Assembly (NCBI GenBank): GCA_001687465.1
Contig: LVLI01000100.1
Location: forward strand, 62,001-126,000
Direction of reading: 5' to 3'
DNA length: 64,000 nt
Origin: Halocafeteria seosinensis
Lineage: Eukaryota
This document shows positions 11,094 to 22,033 of the stretch, piece by piece (position 1 is the first letter of the stretch; each line of letters begins with the position of its first letter). A program made the translations under genes and the position numbers. Under the pieces are notes generated by a model. That model was not told the origin of the DNA. It searched no databases and was given only the letters and a program-made list of their open reading frames with translations.

Positions 11094-14000
11094 CTAGCTG
11101 TCACCTCGGGAAATACTAACATCAGACTTTCGCACATCCGCTGAAAGTGCAATATATGCGGGGTGTGGAGATTCACCCCATAAGAACCTCCTACGAAATA
11201 TCGCTATCACGTAACCCCAGTCACCTTCTTCCCACCTCGTATCTCCTGCAGTGGTCCGATGTCGGTCGTGTTTTGGCGAGCCCTGCGCCTCCGAATCTTC
11301 ATCGGAAAAATCCTCAACAGGTCTCATACCGGCAGGATGACCCTTGCAGTATTCTCGCGGAGCTGGAGGTGGGCGCACTGGCCTATCGCTATCGTTTTCC
11401 TCTACAACTATTTCAGGCTCGTCAACTTTTTGTGCTGCACTCGACGCCTTGTCATTGTTACTCGAAGGTGCCATGGTATGTTCCTCTTCTTCTTCCATTG
11501 TTGGTTCGTCTTCTGGGTCTAAGGAGCGGATACGATAATACATTGTCGAGTCCACACCCACTCGCAAAGACGGGGATTCTCTTAGTTTGAGTTTCCAAGA
11601 ATTTCGAAGCTCTTGCAAGATGTCTTCCTGGCAGCCATCCTTGTCAGTTGCGCCCGTGCTGTCAGCACTCTCGTCGCACGAAACCACGTCCGAAGATAGC
11701 TCCCTCGACAAAGATACCCTTTTGTGTGCCGACACGCAACTTCCATATCGGTTTGCAGGTGACCGATTCGTAGTCTTACCTTTCTGTGCACTAGACTTAT
11801 TTACGGAAGCTTCAGGGCTCATCGGGGTTTTTTCCACAAGTGGGGCTTCGATTTCAACATCCAAAGTAATAGGAGGCGCCTGTAAAACCAGTTGAGCTCT
11901 CGTAAATCAAATAGTTGGCCATACAATTGTTATCAACAAGCACCATACCGCAACAGAATCAGGCACTAATAAAGCAAGTTCTTGGTTCTTAAATACCATT
12001 TCGACGGCATCATATGCATCGCCCCCGGTGGCAGTTCTGCGACAAGGAACGAGAGTGGAGTAGAAAATCACCAACATCAAAGAGCCTAACGTACCTAGAA
12101 GAGCACAGAAGGACTTCCCGTGCAAATTCCAAACAACGAGCTTCCACGTGCGTGTTGCTGAGGTCCGGCCAGTGCACCTTTCTTCTGTATCCTGTAGCCT
12201 CCCCACTGCCGGCTGAAACCGAGCAATCAGTAGTGGACGTATCTGTGCTAAGAAGCGAGTTAAGAGCTTGAAACGTATTCTCCGTTATTTCTGTTTCAGG
12301 GGATCGGTCCTCCCCGTTGAATTCTAGCGACTCTTCTACTCTTCGTTGGGGTGGATATGTCTCCCACTTTCGAACAAAGCTTTCCCATCTGCTTACTGCT
12401 TTCATGGAATGTAGCAACCTGTCAGCAATTGTCTTCAATAGCCAATTTGAGTCACATTGCTCGTAGCGATCGTGTAAGACGGGAATAATTGTCCGCTCTT
12501 GCGAGTACGGCAGTTCACCGAAGTACGCAAGGTTCATTTTCTGATCCTTTTGGTGACCATCTTTTCCCTTCAGGGGCGACACGATGTAAATGTTTAATTC
12601 AACAACGTCGCGAATAAGATCTCGGTCCAGCTGTTTGATGCTAACACGCTCTCCAGGAGTAAAACCCATGCGCCGTTTATGCCTCGAAGCTGAAGCAACT
12701 GCAACGGCTTGTTGCGCCAAATGAGACATCCGCTGCTTGGAACGCTTTGCAACGGATGTAACAGTGTCATCCCCTATACTCTGATCTGTTTGGAAAACCC
12801 TTGTAGACGATCTAGGTCCATTCAAAGATGAGCTGTCGGCACTGCGAGTGTATCGATGCTGGCACACTACAGGGGAAGGCAGACACGGACTATTAGGTGA
12901 GGATGCTGAGGAGCCTCCAGAAAAGCTGTTTTCTTTCGGAGGACTGGGGAGACCATTCTGGGATTTCGGTCCCGGGGCAAGAGGTGGTTTCTCACCCAAA
13001 TTCGCACCACCACTTTTAGAACCATCACTTTTTTGTTTGTTCTTCCTTTTAAAAAGTCCAGACTTTTTCTTAGAGTGGTGGACGTTTTTTCCGTATTGAG
13101 ATGAATCACATGAAACCTGCTGCATAGTTCGAACCCAGTCCGCGGAGACACACAGCCATCCACTTTGAGTAAGAAATTTGAGTCGCTGATCAGCTGACAC
13201 TGATCCCGTATCACAAGCTAAACAATACCAACTTTGCGCTTCTTTAGAGACTGTGCGCCTTAGAAGCGACGTACCCAACGTCGGACGTTGGGCTAGCTGC
13301 CGCAGTACACGCCTGTAAGCAAGCCCGTTAGTTGCAACCCCAAAATGTTTTGCCCATAGGAGGCATTCCCCTTCAATAGGTGGTAGGGAAGATGCCATAT
13401 TAATCGCTTCCACCCACCGCTTTCTGTCGTCCTCAGACACTGCCGCCCATCTATACTTCGATTTCGATTCGTGAAGTGGATTCAATGCAGGAAACGATGA
13501 AATGTTACCGTAGTCATCCTCATCGTACGTGGAGATTGTCGACGTATCAGTGGTATCTAATGAGGTATTCAGACTCGAAGTATCCAATGGAGTCGATTTG
13601 TTTCGCTGGTGGTTTGCCGTATCGAGATTCTCGTTGCTTTCAGTAACGTCTTTTGTACTCTTATCGAAAGAGCTGTCACTGGACGTGATGGCAAATACAT
13701 ATTTTCGAGGATCCGCGATCGATTTGCTGTAGTAGCAGCAGCATCCAGAGAGTTGTAATACCCCTTTTAACTCTGCTTCCTGCGACTTGTCACGAACACC
13801 AGCGAGTAATAATGAATAACATCGCACAGACGTGAAGGACAGCTTACAGTATCGTCTCTGAAATACATTAGTGTTTGACCATCAAGGACGACCCATCTAC
13901 GCGTAGACGTGAGCTTGCTCGTACCAACCTTCTTTAACCATCCACTCAACTGAGTCTTCTGCTGCAGGAAGCCAACATGGGCGCTGCATTGCTGCCTTCG

Positions 14001-14615
14001 GTAAGAAATACCACGGACGTGAGACTTACCCTGGTCGGCCGTTTTCGTTCCTTTATTTGCTTCTGTTTGTCAACCCATTTTTTCACTTTTGTTTCTGCAG
14101 CATCTTTTATCGAGCCTTTGAGATCCCCTGCAGTACACCCGCACACATGTCCTCCACTTGTAAACAATTACGAATTAGAAAATCCACTACACACCTGATA
14201 AAATCATCTGAAGCTCCGGTAAAATAGCGGATACCTCGTTCTGCTTGGCCGAAGACTCTTCTAGCAGTTGAAGCGCCGCATACTCGAATGGCAGTAGATT
14301 CCTTCCTTCGCTGGTTCCAATGAAGTGACTGTCGCCCAAGAGCGTGTTCGAGAACCCTCCTGTGTCTCTGCTCTCGATTGAGGCTGGACTTGGGTGAAAT
14401 CCCCCTGTGGGACTCTGTGCTGTATAGGTTGCCCCATTACTGCTCGTTGGCGGCGTTGAATCGGAAGGGAGTCCCATGGTTTGGATGGCTAGAGGTTTGA
14501 ATAATTCAACATCTGGGCCTTCCTCATCCGCTATAGGTGAAAGGGGAGACTCTGAACTATCGTATCGACTGCTCGTCGTGCGGGCAGACGCGTCTGTGTC
14601 TGTATTAGAGGCCAT
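11094..14615 (-). CDS. PH-domain protein with uncharacterised C-terminal domain, multi-exon
   Basis: The PH domain is assembled across introns: SGWLKKVG..RRWVVLDGQTLMYFRDDT|EAELKGVLQLSG..YVFAIT..AVSEDDRKRWVEAIN. Later exons give CSS|RTATGGDAYDAV..VA|APPITLDV. Start codon uncertain. Confidence 0.75.
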
Positions 14616-14977
14616 TATAGAGAGGTCCTTGACCGCGTCCACTTCCTCAACGGTACCCGAAAGGGGTCTCAAATCAGCCCTATGCACGCTGTTTCTCACA
14701 CATGAATCATTCTAAGTAAATTATGAAATCATTTTTTACGTCCTCTGATTCATTGCACAATCACTACGTGTACGGACGGTAAATGGGAGAGCAAAGTGTC
14801 GAACGTCGATGAAATGATTGCCCGGTACGCGAAGCACTTCATTCACTGGAGTCTTTCGAGAGGGTGTATACAGCATTAACGTCGGAAAATGCAAGGTTTT
14901 GCGCATCATACGGTGCTGAAAACGCAGGACAGGTTGCGGTAATGTGTATGGCCCGTACGGCCTGAGCGACGTGAAAA

Positions 14978-17101
14978 ATGGCATCATCGGCATCGAATTT
15001 CAAAGCCAAATTGGCCCTAGATATTGTGCATTTTCATTTCGGAGAGATTGTATACGTAAGTACCACTATTCTTTTCTCTGTCCATGACAGATGCGCCACT
15101 GATTCTGCCCTCTGCAGCACGTGAGCCAAGAGTTAGTAGTGAATGGACCCCTTACACTTCCGGAATTGGTAGCAATTCAGAGTTCCAAGCGCCAAGCGTC
15201 AGACCCCGATGCCATTGAAGCCACAGAAGTATGTAGGAGGGTATTTTTTTTTTATTTAGCTTAACTCCTGGAACGAACTTGCGGTGGTATTTGGCTGGCA
15301 GGTTCGGACGGCCTTGCTTGTCTTGCTAACACATAGACTCGTGAATGTTCACGTCACGGCACTGAACCGAAAGCCACAAACGACCAAGAAGCCGGCGGAT
15401 AACAACAATGCAGCCTCCGCAGTGCCCATACGGTATAGCCCTCCCAAATATAGTGTAAGCCGGGATTTAACACTAATGGCTGCTGCTTGGTTTGATGGAG
15501 TCTTGTGCAATGTTGTGCTGCCTTCAGCTGGACTGTGCAGCAGCGATACGACGACTGAGGTATCCCCACTATATACAGCACTGCAGCCAAGCATTGGGCA
15601 TAGCAGCTCAACTGATTGCTCAATCGCTCCTTTGCCATTCACAATTAACGAGAGCGGAGTGCAAAACTCTGGCGCTACAATTAGCAGGTAAGTTAGCATT
15701 GACGTGTTTCTCGGTCCCATGCTTCTTCGTGCCTACTATCAAAAAAATAAAAAATGAAATAAAATAAATAGCTGCAGAGTCTCATGGAATCAATATTCGT
15801 CAGCAAGAGGTGGAAAAATCCTGGGAACGAATGCAAAAATTAGGGTATGTCGAACAGGTTACGGGCCTACCCCTTCCAAGGAAGCACTTGGCAGGCACAA
15901 GGGTTGCAAAATTACATAAACAGACGCTCGAGTATGAAAAGGAGCGTGAACACTCGGAGTCTCGAAACGCGAGATTAAATCGGAAACGGTCTCTGAGTGG
16001 AGAGAGCGAAAAGGATATGGACGGAACTGCGGGAGACAATAGCCTCGAGACCAAGGACACGGGGGAAGAACAGTTTACACTTAGCAAGGATAAGTTGGAG
16101 AAACAGTTAATGGACAAAATGATAGTACAGTATGTGGAGGAGACTTTGGGCGAGAACGAAGCTATCGTACTTAGTGGCATTTTGGCTTCCCCGGAATGCT
16201 CACAGTTCGAAGCACTGTCCACTACAATAACAGTTACTCGAGATAGTATCGATAGAGAACTTGCTGCTGAAGATATAACACACCGACAACTCATGTCGGC
16301 ATTAGACTCGCTCCAGAGAACATCGAGTCCAATACTCATCGCAGTGGATAAGGGAGGCACTTACAATCTAAAATTATTCCGAATCGTTTCTGAAATACAG
16401 CAAAGCATCATAGTAGATACCATCAAGGGTCAACATGGGTCAAACGCCGCGCGGATATATCGGCTTCTATATGATAGAGGAGCGTTAGAAGATACAAAAG
16501 TATGTCTATCGTCTAGCTCACGCTGATTAAGATATTGAAGCGGATTCTGCACCTGGTGGTTTATTATCACAGATCGCAGACACAGCTCTTCTGCCAGCCA
16601 AAGAAACGCGCACGCTTCTTTACAAACTTCAGCGCAGCGGGATAATCCAAGCACTGGAGGTCCCCAAAAGGTCCTACTACGATCCGAACATGACGTTATT
16701 TTGCTGGCATGTGGTATGTGCTACAGAATATAGCCGCCGTTCCTGAAAATTTGTTGTGCAATTGTATTACTGATATTCTAACAGGACAAGCATCTCCTGG
16801 GTCTATCCATAATGAACCTGATACATAAAAGCATGTTTAACGTTCAAAGGCGGCGTCTCGCGGAGTCGTATCGCCAGCGAGCGTTGTTGCGTAAAGAGAA
16901 GTCGATATCCGATTTCAAGTTATTCAATCAGGCTGCAGAGAAGATTAAGGAGTAAGTTGGCTTGTATGTGTATTTCTTGAAGTGATTGATGTATGGGTTC
17001 CCCGCAGCGCGCAAACCCAGTTGGACGCAACTATTCTCCGGCTGGACACCACACTCAGAATAATGCAGTGTAATTGCGAAGGAGATGAAGAAGAATCGTG
17101 A
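14978..17101 (+). CDS. POLR3C: RNA polymerase III subunit RPC3/RPC82
   Basis: Spliced N-terminus MASSASNFKAKLALDIVHFHFGEIVY|HVSQELVVNGPLTLPEL..|VRTALLVLLTHRLV; later HGSNAARIYRLL..LEDTK|IADTALLP..EVPK. Multiple GT-AG introns; stop at 17099-17101. Confidence 0.82.
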
Positions 17102-17144
17102 AAATACACAGCGTGTGGTCACTCAGTGTATTATTACTTAACAA

Positions 17145-18122
17145 TTACTGGCTCTGCTTCTCCCCTTGAGCTTCACTGCTCGCCGATTCTTCCTCCGAGT
17201 TAGTCGATCCGCTCTCGTTCTTGGAGTGCCAATCTTTGACGGCAGCTTTAATCGCATCTTCAGCAAGCATACTGCAGTGAAGCTTTACAGGCGGAAGCTT
17301 CAAGTGGGACGCAATATCGGAGTTCTTCACCGATAGGCATTCCTCTACTGATTTCCCTTTAACCCATTCGGTAGCCACCGAGCTGCAATGAAATCAACTC
17401 ACTTACATTGTATCAAACGGGGAGTCAATAGTGTGACACCATTTTTGTTCCCCAACATACCTTGATGCGATGGCAGAGCCGCACCCAAAAGTCTTGAATT
17501 TGGCGTCTTCTACTTTGCCGTCATCTCCCACTTGAATCTGAAACTTCATTACATCACCACAAGCAGGGGCCCCGACTAATCCTGTTCCGACATTTTTGCT
17601 GCTCTTTTCCATAGATCCTGTACGAACGCACAAAAGAAATCCAAACTCAGTAAAATACAGCAGAAGCTTTCTGGCACACTTCCTTCATCCTTAACTGGAG
17701 AACAATTGGTTCGTTGAAGCAGCGGGGACGCGTGCCTCTTCACGCACCCTGCCATTTTCACGTCTACAAGCCCTTATATTGCCTTTCCAACACGTACACT
17801 GGCACTGTTGCCTAGTAGGAAATACTCTACACCCTTCATTTGATCCCTTTCCGCCGTGAAACATGTTGCCAATGGGCGCGTGTATGAGATTTTCTTCAAA
17901 CAAGGGACACTTACCAACATTGCGTGGGCTCTCATAGTGATCAATGATGATATCATGGTACATAGCAGACTGGGGAGCAGATACAGGTCCTACTCTGCTG
18001 GCATTCATGGTGGTTACATTGCTTCCAGCCACCATAGCGCGTCCGGAAACACCTGACGCCACTCTGGCAGTGTGGCGCAGAGCAGCACGCGCTCCGAATA
18101 GAGTCGTGTTAAGCAAGCTCAT
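17145..18122 (-). CDS. ISCU: Mitochondrial iron-sulfur cluster scaffold IscU/ISU1
   Basis: Presequence-like N-terminus, then YH..IIDHYESPRNV|GS, GAPACGDVM, FKTFGCGSAIAS|S and LPPVKLHCSMLAEDAI. Introns at 17618-17914 (297 nt) and 17383-17460. Confidence 0.97.
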
Positions 18123-18461
18123 TTTTCACTCTTTTTAGTCAATAACGCGCGCAAGCGAAACAACAACGAAAATTCCTCGTATTTCACTCTCTGTTTCCTG
18201 TGTCAAATCACGGTGTATCGTTCGTTCATGATAATCTTGCCGCCAAAGTGGGGGACCAGATATCCAGCAATCTTTCCTTTCAATTTCCTAATTGAAACAT
18301 TTGTTTGTCGTCTTTGTTTGGGTCATCAGTTGAAGTGCACCGGTCCTTCAGCTGGGAGACGAAGATCATCGAAAGATGCACGATTTTCAGAGGCTTGTTT
18401 AGAGTGTTTCTAGGGCGTTTTTCTGCAAACCAGTGACCATTTCAGAAACTAGAGATTCGAA

Positions 18462-20257
18462 ATGATGATGATCAACGGAACACGCCGCCTTGCGGCGGCT
18501 GGGCCACGGCGAATGAGAGCACTAAACTTGAGCGCCCAAACCCGTATGACCACTACGACGACGGATCTTTATCCCGATAATGGCCCCATTGAGGATCCTC
18601 ACCGCGAGCCACGTTTCCTGGAGATGGTGAAGATGAACTTCGACAAGGCGGCCAAATACACAAAGATTGATAAGGGTGTATTGGAGGTCGTGAAAGCTTG
18701 TAATTCACTGATAAGAGTCTCATTTCCATTGCGGAGGGATAATGGTGACGTCGAGGTACGTTTATTCTGGGATAAAAGTTACATTTTACGTTCACGCCAT
18801 CTGTGGAAAATATGCGTCGGGCAGGTTATTAACGGATACCGCGCTCAACATAGTCACCATCGTCTGCCATGTAAAGGAGGGATCCGATACTCCACCGGCG
18901 TCGATCTGCAAGAAATCGAAGCCTTGGCTTCCCTAATGACGTACAAGTGTTCAGTCGTGGATGTGCCCTTTGGAGGTGCCAAGGGTGGTATTTCGATCGA
19001 TCCTAAACTTTATTCCAAACACGAGCGTGAATTGATCACCCGCCGCTACACCATGGAACTGCGCAAGTACGGCTTCATTGGCCCGGGCATTGATGTACCT
19101 GCGCCTGATGTTGGCACGGGACCCATGGAAATGAGCTGGATCAAGGATACATATACCATGCTTTACGGTACGCAGTTCTAGGATTTTCAACTGAATCCGT
19201 TGCAGTGAGAAGACTCCTCTTTTTCCCTCTATGCAGGCATGGATGATATTAATGCGACAGCTTGTGTCACTGGCAAGCCACTAGCCCAGGGCGGGATTCA
19301 AGGCAGGACCGAGGCAACCGGTTTGGGCGTATTTTTCGGAACACTTGAGTTTTTGAAGAACCAAGAAGAATGCCAACGCTGGAATATTACTCCGGGAGTA
19401 GAAGGAAAAGAAGTTATTGTTCAAGGATTTGGTAATGTGGGCTACTATGCTGCGAAATTTTTCGCCGCCGCAGGGGCAAAAGTGATTGGAGTTGTTGAGT
19501 ACAATGGCGCTGTATACAACTCCAAGGGCTTTAACATAGACGAATTGAAGGAATGGCAAACGGTAAGTGCTCTTGTTTCGTTTTTTTTTTTTTTTTCTTT
19601 TCTTTCTTTCTTGTATTTTGGGGTACACACGCGATCGCTTATTCGCAGAACAATGGCACCCTTCTCGGATATCCAGAAAGTGAAAACGAAGTTCAAGCCG
19701 ATCGCGCTGTGGAGATCTTAGGTTACGAGTGTGATATTCTTGTGCCTGCAGCTCTTGAGCAGCAAATTCACAAGTATAACGCAGAGCAGATCAAAGCTAA
19801 GCTGATTGTTGAAGGTGCCAATGGACCCGTCACCCCATTTGCAGAAGACATTTTGTATAAGAGGGGGATCCCTGTTTTGCCGGATATGCTGATGAATGCT
19901 GGTGGTGTTACGGTGTCCTACTTTGAATGGTTAAAGAACATTCAACATGTGCGGTTCGGAAGGATGACCAAAAAATGGGAAGAGCGAGGAAAGAGTCGCA
20001 TCCTTGAAGAGATTCACCGCATTGCTGATGCTGCGGGGACAGAGAGAGTCAGTCCTGAAGCACAGTCGAGCTTTGTCAAAGGACCATCGGAAAGAGATAT
20101 TGTGTATTCGGGTCTAGAAGACACAATGAACCGTGGAATTAATGAAATCATCAATGTGAGCCGTCAACATAAATGCAGCTACCGATTGGGTGGATTTATC
20201 AATGCCCTGGAGAAGATATCTCAAACCTACGAAGAAGCTGGCTTCACTTTTGCCTAA
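18462..20257 (+). CDS. GLUD1: Mitochondrial NAD(P)-dependent glutamate dehydrogenase
   Basis: Motifs [60 protein letters not shown] and [12 protein letters not shown]. Three GT-AG introns, the first at 18756-18824. Confidence 0.97.
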
Positions 20258-20363
20258 GTTGTTGTCTTCGTGCTACTTGATTACATTGTGGGTGTGTGAA
20301 CATCATTTTAGCCACAAATACACACGCAGCATGCACTGTCATATTGGACCTGCGATACTTTAG

Positions 20364-21653
20364 TTATACCCTAAGTAGCTGGAACTTATTATCAAAGCAT
20401 ATGGTTATCCAGTCAGTCAACGCCGGTGACCAGTGCACGTTGTTGATTTCCCCTTGCGCTTTATATGCAAGCACGGGGTCCTTCGTGCGAGATGGCTGTG
20501 AAGCTAATTCCCAAATCAAGGCCTGGTTGTCATCTGCTACACTACACAAGTGGCCTGCTGAATGTGGAGCCCATGTTATTCCATTAACACAGGCGCTATG
20601 TGCACTCAACTCAACTACGGGTGTCGCAGGCATCCTCCAATCAATGATAATAATATTCTCATTATGAAGCCGGAAGGTTGCAAGGTAATTCTGGTTCATA
20701 GGATTCCATCTAATCCTCAACAGAGGATCTCTATCGGCAGTCTCGTACATGATTGTGGAATGCTCCAAATCCCTCAAGTCAAATACACGTATGCTACCAT
20801 CCGCACCAGCAGTGGCAAAGTTATGAGCGTTTCCTGGTCTAAAGTTAATGTCAAACACCTCATCGTCATGGGCAATAAGCTGGGTTCGGGCTTGTTTCGT
20901 CTGCACGAAATGGCACTTGTGTCGCATGTGTAACCAAAAGGTGACTTGGGTCATCACGATAGAGTGACACGTACCGAAACATCCCAAATCGTACATGTTG
21001 TATCTATACTAGAAACTCCAACAATATTTGGATCCGCCGTATTCCAATCAAACGAAGTCAAAGGAGAGCAATAATCCGCGTATTTATTCTGTTCCAAACA
21101 ACCATTACCCATCATTAATATTGAACACGATAATAGTAGCCATCAAACCCTCTAGCAGCACACATTGGCTACTACTTACGTTGGTCATAATGGCTTCTTG
21201 CCGTGCTTCTTTATTGTCCATGATGTTCCAAATGCGCAGATAATCGCCCGTTGTGGCCATGATGTCCCGGTATGTGGCTAGCTCTTCGGGAGCCCATAAT
21301 ATCTTGGTTGTAGGGTAAGGATGATCCACGGAAAGTTTCTCAACAAATTCACCTTTTTCCGTGTCTAACTGTATCACTTTGACCTTATTACTATACTCTT
21401 CAATGAAGCTTCCCACGGCGAAGCGGTACTTATATTGAGCGCTCGGCCGCTCACTCGCAGCTATACTGTAAAGTGTCCAAGGAGCTTCGTAGGTGTAGGC
21501 CTCCTTGGAGGGCTTTGGGGAGCCATTATCTTCCTCCATGGCGCCCGTTTTAGGGGCTCCTTCATGGCTCGATTGCTGCATTGGACCACTCTTTTCAGCC
21601 CCTCCAGCAGCTCCTCCAGACCGTGTATGGTCACTAGATGACGTGAAAGACAT
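20364..21653 (-). CDS. DCAF7: WD40 protein DCAF7/WDR68 (AN11/TTG1 family)
   Basis: Motifs GSFIEEYSNKV, DHPYPTTKILW, TGDYLRIW, SIDTTCTIWD, TQLIAHD.EVFDI, GADGSIRVFDLR.LEHSTI.YE, ending QLLRV. Two introns. Confidence 0.95.
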
Positions 21654-22033
21654 CAGGTGCTCGCCAAATAGCATGTATGACCGCATAAAACATCCCTAAT
21701 ACCTCCGTATAGTCTCATTTTCTCTGTGAAAGCCAGAGTTTCGGGCCGAAAAGACCCGAAAACCGGGCGGTCCGGGCCGGAAAACTCAAGGAAGTCACCC
21801 CCGTACACTGTGGCCACTGGCGACAGAAACTAATTTATGAATGGAAAAGGACGTGTACTTTCGAAATGATGATGGCTGGTTGATTTTTCGTTTTCGTTGA
21901 TGTATTCCTTACCGGACGAAAAATTCACAAGGAAGGGTACACAAGTCGGATACCATAAAGATTAGAATGCAGTCCAGTGATACAAGGTAGTCCATCAATT
22001 TGATGAAGGCAGCGCCTTTGTAACCTCATTAGA

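Noticed and set aside
17795..17815. Two CAGUGN hexamers in the ISCU intron (iron-responsive-element loop)
   Set aside because: The flanks do not form the 5-bp upper stem with bulged C, and canonical IREs lie in UTRs.
17618..17914. TPP or cobalamin riboswitch in the long intron
   Set aside because: The conserved cores (GCUGAGA..CCUGAU; GGGAA..GCCACUG) were not found by eye.
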